From Bugula neritina (taxonomy: Eukaryota > Animalia > Bryozoa), in the NCBI GenBank assembly GCA_964035545.1, contig OZ037770.1, positions 14,002,642-14,066,641 of the forward strand: a DNA stretch of 64,000 nt, given 5' to 3'. The notes beneath the pieces were generated by a model that saw only the letters and a program-made list of their open reading frames with translations, did no database searches and was not told the origin of the DNA. The translations under genes and the position numbers were made by a program. Of this stretch, positions 25,384 to 36,563 are shown one piece after another (position 1 is the stretch's first letter; every line of letters starts with the position of its first letter).

Positions 25384-28300
25384 CATTTGTTTATTAATAA
25401 AATGCATATAACGTTAACGCTTTTATATAGTCTTAAAAATTTAAATATCTATTTTTCCTTAAACTGTTGGCAAGATGTTGCCCTGCTGCAATTTATTAGG
25501 TACTGTAGGGTAAAATAATTAAATGATTAAGCATTTTTTAATGTTTAGTTATTCAGTTATACATGCTTTTTAAAAACGCATTCAATTTCCTTTATAATAT
25601 CTGTGGTTAAAGAATTGCGCTTGCTTTAATTATTTTATATTAAAAAAATTACATGGCATCATTAATAAAATTTAAAAGGTTGTGTCTTCATTTTTAGACC
25701 CGAAGTTGCTTATAGCAAGTTAGAACAAAAGGTCATTTTGTATTCAATTTTTTTATTTGTATAACACATTTACTGAAACACCATTCAACCACTATAAATA
25801 TTTCACACAATCTCACACTATTGTTGTTTAGTAAAACTACCAGTTTTAGGTCTATGTTGTAATACGCATATTATTCTTTACAATTTTGCATTGTCAAAAT
25901 AACAATTTCTCTATCTTTTGAATCTTCTCTTAGTTATAGACTCATTTTTTATTTTTATCAATCTCTAATTTATTTTTGAACTTATAAATTGCACCTTTGT
26001 TGAGCCTTACCTTAGCTATTCAATTCTCTTTTGCAGTATTTGCTTATGGTTGTATATTTTCTAGTACCAAATATAGATAAGCCTAACTACTGTGAGTGAA
26101 TGCCAAACAAAATAGAAGTTTAAATAAACTGCTACACATTTTAGACAAAAGGAATTCCCAGCAAATATAATACATGGCCATTCAAGTCTCGCTCTAGCTA
26201 GCAACATCTTGTCTGTATATAGCAGGTAATAAGTGCTACAGCCAAACGTTAAATAAGGTTTCACACATGAAATTTAGCTCCATGTAGCCTGAACATGATT
26301 TATAAATGCATATCTTTTCTATTGGCAACTATTTTTTATTTTTATTCATTTATGAACTTTTTATGCTTTTATCCCAGTGTGATGTAACAGCAATTATAGT
26401 AGTGATTTCAATTTACTAAATTACAAAGTTTCAATATAATTTGTTTTTCAAGAATATTATAGATTGTATATTAATTTGTGTAACTCTTATAAAAGCTTGA
26501 ACAATTAATTTTTACATGTTTGCAATTAATTCTCTCTTTTTGTATTTCATAGCAACTTTGAAACTAAAGCATCTTGGTCTTGTTGTCTTTTAAACACAAA
26601 TTGTTCAACACTCAACACTTTTACAGGTAAAGATTAATCACCTTCCTTGTTAATATCCTTGTAAATAATTAATGACCTTCCTTAAAATATAACCAGTTGG
26701 GCATGTGTACCAATTTCAGTTGCAGATTATAGCTGTGCTAACGACTGTGTTTATTGAAGTATTTATAAAACTCATCCATACCTGGTACCTGTATTGATAA
26801 ATCATCAATATATCCTTGAATTCATAACTTTAATTTCCTTAATGCTACGCCTACTGCATATTCACATATTATTTTGATATTATGATATTAGTAACTGAAC
26901 CATAACCGTACATAAATATGTGCTTAATGGTTTCCTCATGATTTAGCTATTTTATTTTTAAAATTTAAGAAAATTTACAAAAAATTGCAAAGTCATTAAA
27001 ATGCAAACTATTAGTAAAATTTATTGTTTAAGTAGAACGTATTATATAATGTTATATTTTACAGATTTACATCTATGAATTAACAAAATAAATAGATAAA
27101 ATGTGTTCTGAATCAGTCAAAAATCTTTTAAACAAAAAAATAATCAACTAAATTATAAAATAAAACAATTTTTTTGTTAAAAACAAGTTTTAAAATATTT
27201 TTAATTCCCAGAAGAGGATATGTTCATGTTACTCTTGAAATCGAAAAATTGCTAATAGCTTAAGTAATGTATATATAACATTAGTCTATCTAAACTCTAT
27301 GTATGAGCTTAAAGGCTTTTGAATTATTCTACTTTTGTTTATTTGCATTCATTCCTACTATATAGGTATATAATATATTGCAATATAAAACTATAATCTT
27401 TTCTTGCAATGAATAACTGTAATATATATAACTATCTTTTTCAGCAAACATTTACTGCATGCATGGTAAAAATAAAATGCCGTATAATTTAAATTTCTGC
27501 TGCATGTATATTTTGAAAATAACTGTATTTTTAATAACACTTAATATATATAATTTATATATATGTAACAATGAAATAACTTATAGATATGGACACTATT
27601 GAAAAATAACAACAGATGTCCAACTTTTTATAGATTAATCATGCTGAAACCAAATTACAAATATGTTTTTATATTTTACTTTTGCAATGCTTCATATAAT
27701 TCCTACATATTTATGATGAAATATTTATAAAGTCCAAGCTGCAATTAATTGCCAACATTTTAATGAACCCATAGCTATGTATGATTTGATTATTGCAATT
27801 GAAATCACTATTTTAAATGTGTTCAAATCAAAGTTAAGAGGTACTGCATGCATGGTACGTGGTACCTAATGATATATTCTTTAGACTTTAACTACTATGA
27901 CTATATGTTATGAAACATGCTTTTATAACCTGCTTGCTTGCACTTGATGTGAAGATATAATATTCAATATAATTTGTATTTCTATAGTATTATTCACAAA
28001 TGGCAATGTCCATCAAGGTTTCAGCTTATTATAGATCTAAATGTAGTTTTACTAATTTGCATATTTTCCTCACATCAAAGCAAATCATAATGAGTAATAA
28101 CTTGTTACCATGGTTACATATTACATTAATATAATAATTGTAAAAGAGCAACTGCTAAAGTTTACTTGCATGATACATTATACGATTATTCACAATATTA
28201 TGTTATTGAATTTAATATATTCTTGCCAAACAGCTGGTGTCAGCTTGTGTTTTAGAGTTGAACTATAAATAGATGCTAGCTTAACTCAGTGGCTTGTTTA

Positions 28301-30332
28301 TACAGTAACTTTTCATGCAAGTCTGTCATGCGGCAAGGTAGATCTACATATTGTGAAACATACTTTCGACACCTCCTTTAAAAATGAAATGGAATGATAG
28401 CAGGACTATATGAAGGACTGCTAGTGTTATTTTATTTCATTATTATATTTCGCAAAAAGCCTTTTACAATAATTAGTTTTTGCAAAGATGAGAGACTATA
28501 AATATAACATAGCAGGCTGTTGTAAATTCATGTACTATTGCTATTTGTAACTCAAACATTATTAGAAAACACGCTATTACTTAAGCATGCTTACAGTGTA
28601 AAATTAAGCAACAGTAGAAAAGAAGCTTTGTGATGTAATACAGGGAATGTTCAAATTGCATCACTCATAACTAAACAACATTTCATGCAAAAGTCAATTA
28701 AAAACTATGTATTCCTTTAGGTCAATATTTTCTAATGTACAAAATTTAAATATTTAACTATTAATTAATGCTTCGTTTATATTAAACTGCTGTAAATTAA
28801 GAACGGCCGACGTTTAGTGATTATAGCGCTGCTCTAGATTAAGTTTATTATAGTTCATGAGTTCAAATCTTTCAGGCGCATTATGGTATTTTCAAAACCC
28901 CCCCCCTCAACCGCTAAACAGCATACAGAGTTCTGAAGCTCGAAAATTCATCACATATTTTTGCAAAACTTTTAAGGCATGTTAGCATTTTTGTATAGAT
29001 TCACAAAAGTAATCAGATTCACATTTGTCTAATATATGAAAGATTTGAGATTAAAACTGATTACACAATAAGTTCTGTGTATTAAATACAGTGTCAACAT
29101 ATATGCGTGGGTGTTTGTATATTACCAGCCGTTAATTGCTGTGACATAAAAATAAACATTGGGAAATGCAACTAATGCCAATAGCTTTTAGTAGCACATA
29201 CAATTCAAAATGCATAATATTTATTAAAAATAATGTAAATTTAATAAATGTCATTTACAGTATAAAATTGTTTATATGATATTATTTATGAAAAATAGGA
29301 TACTTTCACGTGTATATAACATACGTGTCAATTGAGAGTGTGAAATCATTCTAATAGTTTCCTTGTAGTTTTCCCATTTACACTGACTCAGCATATATAA
29401 CAAGTCAATAATTAAATTTATTTATACTCTGTGCCAATACTTTATGCTGTAAACAAAATATGAAAATTGAAAGTTGGCATTATGCAGTTTTATGACACTT
29501 TCAAAGTCAGAAAAACAAAATTTTCAAAACTAAATGGCAAACTATAATTATATAAGTATAAAATAGACAACAAGCTGATATATAATAAGTGGCACATACT
29601 GCGATGAAAATTTGGTTATCATTTTACTTTTTCTGCCAAAAGTAGAAAATATAAACAATTACATAGAATGCAGAATAATTTTAGAAGTAAAAATAGATTT
29701 TTGTTATTATAGCTATATAACAATTAAATTGAAATAACATCATTTTAGCTAAAATAGTTAATCGGCAACTATAATTGTTAAATAGTTGCTAAATTGTTAG
29801 ACCGGAGCTCTTAAAATAAAAAATTTTATGCTGATTTACTAATCTACCCGGAAAATTTTCATTTGTATACCAATTTTAAAATTTAGTGCTGTTAAGTGTT
29901 TAAATGCGCAATCTTTTGAAGCTAGGGTATAATGAAAGAAGATGGAAAGTTGCAATATATGATTATATTCTATAGAATTATTATTATATAAAGGTTTTTC
30001 TGCACATATATATAATAATGTTATATATAATATTTTCTCATTAAGTATATGAAACAATCTATATTTGCAATGCACAAAACTCATGAATTAAGTATGAGTA
30101 TATAATAGCAATACCTTAAGCTAAAAAAATCTTCAATTTACTTATTGTAGCAATTATGCAAACTTTAAAAAAATTCTTTGGCTTGAGTCCAAGTAGTTTT
30201 TTAAAAACAACATAATAAAATAAATTTTTAACAGGTAAGTTGTGTAACTCAAGGAACAAACACGTCAGCTTGTGCCATGACTATTTATAACCCATATTGA
30301 TATATTACTATACAGCAATTAGATGGTTAGCT

Positions 30333-30382
30333 GTTGTCATGGAAACTGATAGGCTTAGTTTCCTTGAGCTTATAGTATATAA
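30333..30382 (+). promoter_or_regulatory. B2 promoter: X-box-like GTTGTCATGGAAAC, TTCCTTGAG and TATATAA
   Basis: X-box 30333-30346, TTCCTTGAG 30360-30368, TATA 30376-30382. Confidence 0.6.
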
Positions 30383-30452
30383 GGGCCAGTGTTTTACAAA
30401 CTCATCACAACATTCTGCAACAGAATAAACTCAACATCTAAACTGAGTGCTA

Positions 30453-32198
30453 ATGATGAATACTTTTGCTTTGACAGCTTTTACTTTTCTAGCTGCTTGT
30501 GCAGCTTACACAGAGGGTGAGTGAATATTTATTTTCTTTATTTTTATTAGAAATAAAATCACTATGGAAACTTATTTTACTGTTTAACACATGAGCTATT
30601 TTTTCTTGTAGGCAGTAATCTTGATATTATATAATTATATAAATAATATTTCATTATATTAAAAAATAATTTTTTATTATATACAAGAAATATGTTACTA
30701 TGATATACAATTTTATTTAAATTTAATGTTTTCATTTGTCATACTGTTTCAATGATTGATCCAACCTCACTAAAAATTCATTTGAGTTGAAATTATTGTT
30801 AATTTTTACTGATGCCTATATATATTCCATTGAACTTATAAGTACTTTCACATGTCCATTAAATCTGTTATAGCTATTTTTGTAAATTATTGAAAATATT
30901 TTTTTAATCTTGCAAGTTTTGATCTGTTATAAATTCTATTAAAAATATTAGTAAACTAATTACGAAATATTTCATAAGAATTGAATAGGGAGCAGCCGTG
31001 GTCTAGGGGTTAGAGCGTTTGCCTAGTAAACACGAAGGTCATTGGTTCGAGCACAGAAAAGGCCATTGGTGATGTTAGGAAGAGCATCCAGTCATAATTG
31101 CTCCTGTGACTCATTTAAATAAGTCCTTAGCCCGCTTTAACAAAAACCCTTTCTATCAGGGGTTCTCACAGAGATAGTGACTATAAAATTGCGAGAGTTT
31201 ATTTCATAAGCATTAAATACACTGCTTGAAGAAACATATAAACTAGTTTTACAAAAAATATTTTTGTGTATGCACACAACAATTAATCAGAAGAAATCTT
31301 ATATTTCATGATAATGCATGCCTATATATATATAGCTAATTGGTTTTAGCATCTCGCCCTCATTGCCCTCACCCATGTCCCACCAGTAGATGTGGATCTT
31401 ACTTCCCTGGTAACACACCTTACTCTTGCCCCAACGGCTATGTCAAGGATTCATGTGGCTGCGAGAAACAGGACTGCCAGTGTTGTAAGTTGGTTATTAA
31501 TTTGTCTCTATTTGTTGATTAAAGCTGTATGATAAAATGATTAAAGTGTGTAAATCCTGTGACAATTTATATATCTAAAAATCTATAAACATACAGGTAT
31601 ATAAGAAATATATGAGACACTTTCTATATCTAAATTACTGTATTTTCTGTATGATTTTAGTTGGATGTCCCCCAACTGACTACACGAGATTTTGTAGAGA
31701 TGGATATAGGACACAGGGAGGCTGTCCAAATGCATACTTTTGCGGTTAGTAATATACTCAAATATACTAGATTTACCAATATATTATAGCTTGTAGTTGT
31801 ATTTAAGAATTATTACTGTATATATTATGCAGTCATATTTTCATCTGCTGTATATCACTCTGCATATTTACATGGTTTTCCAGTAACAAATGGTGTAGAG
31901 ATTCAGTACAGATGCCCAAACCTGAATGAGCCAGCCAATAACCCAAGTTCTTACACGTGCACAAATGACAGGCAGTGTGGTCCTGCAGGAAGAAATTGCT
32001 GTAAAGTATACGGCAAGAGTGGCATGAGATGTGTTGATGGCATTGAGATCAGGTGAGCAGCTATAGATGGATATAGATACATGCAAAAGTAAAAAATTAA
32101 TTACAATATATCTGTATATAGCAGACTTTTATAGATGTTGTCACTTTCTATTGTCTATTATTAGAAAATAAATTGATGTTTATTGTAGGACTCACTAA
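30453..32198 (+). CDS. Paralogue B2: secreted Cys-rich protein, 153 aa, 5 exons
   Basis: Exons 30453-30516, 31350-31484, 31661-31744, 31884-32052, 32189-32198; GT-AG; MMNTFALTAFTFLAACAAYTEASRPHCPHPC...CTNDRQCGPAGRNCCKVYGKSGMRCVDGIEIRTH*. Confidence 0.9.
30988..31199 (+). mobile_element. tRNA-derived SINE in intron 1 of B2, with a ~20-bp target-site duplication
   Basis: A box TGGTCTAGGGG, B box GGTTCGAGC; flanked by tatttcataagaattgaata (30968-30987) and tatttcataagcattaaata (31200-31219); empty site in B3 intron 1 at ~60256-60275. Confidence 0.9.
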
Positions 32199-33040
32199 AA
32201 GTATATCTTTGACTGTCAACTATTTCAACACAAGCACAACCCTCTCCTTGACAAGATCCTTGAAGCCTAACAAATTGATAGCAATTTGTTTCTACTTATA
32301 GTTGCTGATCAATGTTATTTTTCATAATTTTCTCTTGATTTTTCTAACTTCAAACAGTTTATTCTAAAGATGTTTTAAAATTCCTAAATAATTAAAATAA
32401 AATAAAACTTTACCAAGTTTCTAAACCTGCTTGTATTTGCATTCGGTAAGATGCATGTTGCATATTGCTAATCATAAAAGACCACAGCGTGGTTACAAGT
32501 TTTGCAAAAAAGCAACTGTTTTGCTTCTAACCTAAGCAATGCTAAAATATGGTCATTCTAAGTTGTTATACATATGACATCGATCCATGTTGAAAACTTG
32601 CGCATGCATATTAAATAGAAAAAAAAGGAAACTATTGATCAAGCTGCTAAGTCTGAGTACTGTGTAAAAAAACACAAACAATGGCTGCAATCAAAAGAAA
32701 AATATCTAATCATATTTTGAATGTGTGAATATACCTGACAAAACAGTTATGAACTGTAGAGGTTGAATCACTTTAAAAATATATCAATAAAATGGTTTCT
32801 TTTAGTTTTGAATAAATACTCAAAAAAGTTGGTCGATGGATGAAGTTAGTTAAATATATAGTTTATCCAAATTTTATTTGCAAAATTATTTCTTTTTTGT
32901 GGGTTGGAATTGAGAAAATTAAATTTAATTTATTCACTCAGAATAACAACAACTATAGTAGTACTTGCGCAAGCAACTTTTACAAACTTGAAATGCAAGT
33001 TGGAAAGTTTTATATTACATCAAAATAAAAAATGGCGTCC

Positions 33041-33125
33041 GACTGGGAAGCGTCCAAGTGGGAAGCGTCCAAGTGAGAAGTGCTTAACTGGGAAATTTAG
33101 TCTAGCGTCTTACTGGGAAGCGTCT
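33041..33125. repeat. 15-bp minisatellite (gggaagcgtccaagt-like, ~5 degenerate units)
   Basis: actgggaagcgtccaagtgggaagcgtccaagtgagaagtgcttaactgggaa...actgggaagcgtct; lies at the duplication junction. Confidence 0.8.
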
Positions 33126-33470
33126 ATAATAAACCTCTGGTTAAATCAAAGGCACAGTTTGAGAAGAATAATCTGACACGTTTTAATTCTTTTTTTGTAA
33201 GCAAGCAAAGAAACAATATCCCATTGCTTCTTTGTTGTACCAAAAATAAAACCAATGTATATAGGCTTGTGAATGATTATATGTAATTAGAACAGTAGTT
33301 ACAACAAGAACGTATACTATCTATGCTCTAAAGTCTAAAAATTGTTATTTATAACCCAAGGCATGCAAAACTATTGAAATTATTACATCAATAAAAACAG
33401 TATATTAATTGTATATCATTTTGATCGTGATGCTGTGCACAAATTAGAGTTATCTCTCTATAAACTTTTA

Positions 33471-33541
33471 ACCCAACTGGGATTCAAACCCAAGACCTCC
33501 GGCTTGCAAGCAAGCGTGCTAACCACTATACCACAGGGGCC
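33471..33541 (-). pseudogene. tRNA-like pseudogene or SINE head of a second family
   Basis: Reverse complement GGCCCCTGTGGTATAGTGGTTAGCACGCTTGCTTGCAAGCCGGAGGTCTTGGGTTTGAATCCCAGTTGGGT has an A box, B box and T-arm, but poor acceptor and anticodon stems. Confidence 0.65.
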
Positions 33542-34288
33542 ACTGGGTAAACTCAACACTACACTCACTATTATTGTATCATGTTAAATTTGACTTAATA
33601 TAGACAGCTTGGCATTTTATTGAGTTTTATTATTATATTATTTATAGTATCAAATAACATAATACATTGCAACTTAATTGTAATAATGAATTGCATGTTG
33701 AAAGTTATTCAAATTGAAAAGATTATTCTAAATCAAAGCGTCATTAATAAGATTTAAAAGTTTGTGCCATTATATTATTCTCAATAGGTTGCTTTTCAAA
33801 TTAGAATAAAAGTGCATTTTGTATTCAAACTTTTTCATTTGTTTTAACACACATTTACTGAAACACTATTCAACCGCTGTAAATATTCTACACGGGGTCT
33901 TACACTCTTGTTGTTTAGCAAAACTACTAATTTTAAGTCAATGTTGTAATATGCACATTATTAATTCTTCACAATCTTGCATTTTGAAAAAATAGTTTCT
34001 TTATCTTTTGAAACCTCTTTCATTTATAGACCCATTTTTTATTTTTATAAGTATCTAGTTTATTTTTTGACTTGCACTTTTCTTGAGCCTCACCTCAGCT
34101 AATAAAATTCTCTTTTACAATATTTGCTTAATAAGGTAATATATTTTTACGTACCAAATAGGTAAGCATAACTGCTCATGTGAGTGGATGCCAAACAAAA
34201 TAAAGAGTTTAAATACATTTCTACACATTTTAGACAAAGAGAAAGGCAGCTATAAAGTGTCAACTATGCTATAAAACACAGTTAGTGT

Positions 34289-34408
34289 TGTGTCAGCAAA
34301 TAATTGTTACTGTGTCAGCAAATAATTGTTACTGTGTCAGCGAATAATTGTTAATGTGTCAGCGAATAATTGTTAATGTGTCAGCGAATAATTGTTACTG
34401 TGTCAGCA
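34289..34408. repeat. 22-bp minisatellite, ~5.5 copies (tgtgtcagc(a/g)aataattgtta(c/a))
   Basis: Units start at 34289, 34311, 34333, 34355, 34377 and 34399. Confidence 0.95.
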
Positions 34409-36463
34409 TGGATGCCTATATGTGTAGCCCGGATGTTGTATGCTAGTTGCACTGCAGATGCACAGATGCAGGCCAGAACTCTACTTTTTGTCTGATGCCA
34501 ACAGTTTATTTCTCTCACAAAACTCAAATTGTAACAATTATTTAGACAATAAAGTTTAAGTTGCCTGCATTTTTACCACGAAGAAAATTGAGCTAAACTG
34601 ACTCAAAAACTGCTACTAAAAAGATATTGCAAAAGCTTTCACAAACAGCTTTCATCACACAATACTTTTTTCAAATCTATAACAAAAAGCTCCTGCAACA
34701 AGTGTGTTATTATTAAATAAGAAATTAGAAGTGCCATTTAACTTTTTTCTAATTTTAAATTTAGACTTTTATTATGAATTTTTTTTGGGTAGTAACTTGA
34801 AACTCTAAAATAAATGCACCACAATAGAATTTGAAAGTACATTATATCTAATTAGGAAATGCCGGTCATGCATAGATGAAACGAACTTAAATTATATACT
34901 CCACACAAAAACTTTGCATGTGCATATTTTATGTGATGAATAGTAGCTATATATAACTGCATATTTAGGTGTTCGGTTTTTGTTAATGTCAGTTTTAAAT
35001 TTATTTTTTATTCTTCATGAATTGTTGAGAGTATAGAGAGTGAAATGCTCAAAGGAAAGAATTATATAATAACATTTGGCAGTAAAGTCCTGTTGGCAAA
35101 TGCAATTGCATAGTCATTCAGTTTCACTCTAGCTAGCAAAGTCTTGTTTGCATGTATATAGCAGGTAATACTACAGCAAACCTTTACAAGGTTTTTCACA
35201 TGAAATTTAGCTTCAATATGTGGGCCTGAACATAAGTTTTAATATTATATATCTGTTCTATTGACAACTCTCTTTTTAATCAGTGTGATATATATAATAA
35301 CAGCAATTAGTATATAGTTATTTCAATTAATTACTAACCTACGAAGTGTCAATTTAATTTGTTTTTCAAGAATATTTGAATGTATCAATTGGTGTAACTT
35401 TTATAAAAGTGCACATTTTTTACAAATTTGCAATAAATTTTCTCTTTTTGTATTTTATGGCAACTTTGAAACCAAAGCATCTTGCTCAAATTTGTTGTCT
35501 TTTAAACACAAATTGTCCAACACTCAACACTTTTACAGGTAAAGATTAATCACCTTCCTTGTTAATATCCTTGTAAATAATTAATGACCTTCCTTAAAAT
35601 AAAACCAGTTGGACATGTGTACCAATTTCAGTTGCAGATAGCTGCACTAATGACTTTGTTTATCAAAGTATTTTGAAAAGTCATCCATACTTGGTACCTG
35701 TATTGATAAATCATCAATATCCTTAAATTCATAACTTTAATTTCCTTAATGCTATCGCCTACTTCATATTCACATATTATTTTGATATTATGATATTAGT
35801 AACTGAACCATAACCGTACATGAATATGCGCTTAATTCTAGTTTCCTTATGATTTAGCTATTTTATTTATAAACTTAAAAAAAGTTGTCAACTCAGTGGC
35901 ATTGAAATGAAATCATTTTGTTTCTATCTAAAATTTACCTTTTAAATAAAATATATAATAACATGAAAGTATTTTACAGATTTGCATCCATAAATTAACA
36001 AAATAAATAAATAAAATATGTTTTGAATCAACCAAAAGTCAGCCAAATAGAAAAAAATACTCAAATACATTATAATAAAGAGAAATAAAATTTTGGGTTA
36101 AGAACAAGTTTTAAAATGATGAATTCCCAAAAGCCAATTTGTTCATGTTATTCTTGAAATTGAAAAACTGCTAATTAGTTACTTGTATTGTATATGATAT
36201 ATATAAGTCTATCTAAAATTTATGTATATATGGGCTTAAAAACTTTTTAATTATAATCCCACCATTGTTTACATGCATCCATTCTCATATCTAGTCTTAA
36301 AATAGGTATTGCATAATACCCTTGTTTCTCACAATAATAACTACTATACTCTTATTAACTTTTTAGCAAACATTTATTGCATGGTAAAAATAAAACTTTT
36401 TATAATTTAAATTACTGTTGCATGTACATTTTAATAATAATTGCATTTTTATAAATACTATAA

Positions 36464-36467
<4 letters not shown>

Positions 36468-36558
<91 letters not shown>

Positions 36559-36563
36559 TATAT
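36468..36563. repeat. (TA)n microsatellite at the left flank of the large insertion
   Basis: Directly visible; the tract resumes at 56913. Confidence 0.95.

Larger units (their letters stand above)
22770..32478 (+). repeat. Source block (A4 3' flank, B1, B2) duplicated as 33125-36470 plus 56913-61603
   Basis: Collinear matches: tttgagaagaataatctgac (22799 vs 33158), acacatttactgaaacac (25764 vs 33849), ggacactattgaaaaataacaacagatgtc (27591 vs 56950), and the B2/B3 3' flanks. Confidence 0.88.

Noticed and set aside
28801-28920. Degenerate tRNA/SINE-like head (paralogue at ~58200-58310)
   Set aside because: A- and B-box matches are too decayed to support a call.
33471-33541. Functional tRNA gene
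   Set aside because: Acceptor and anticodon stems pair poorly and the T-loop reads TTTGAAT; treated as a pseudogene or SINE head.
34289-34408. CRISPR-like array
   Set aside because: Head-to-tail 22-bp units with no unique spacers, no cas genes, eukaryotic context.
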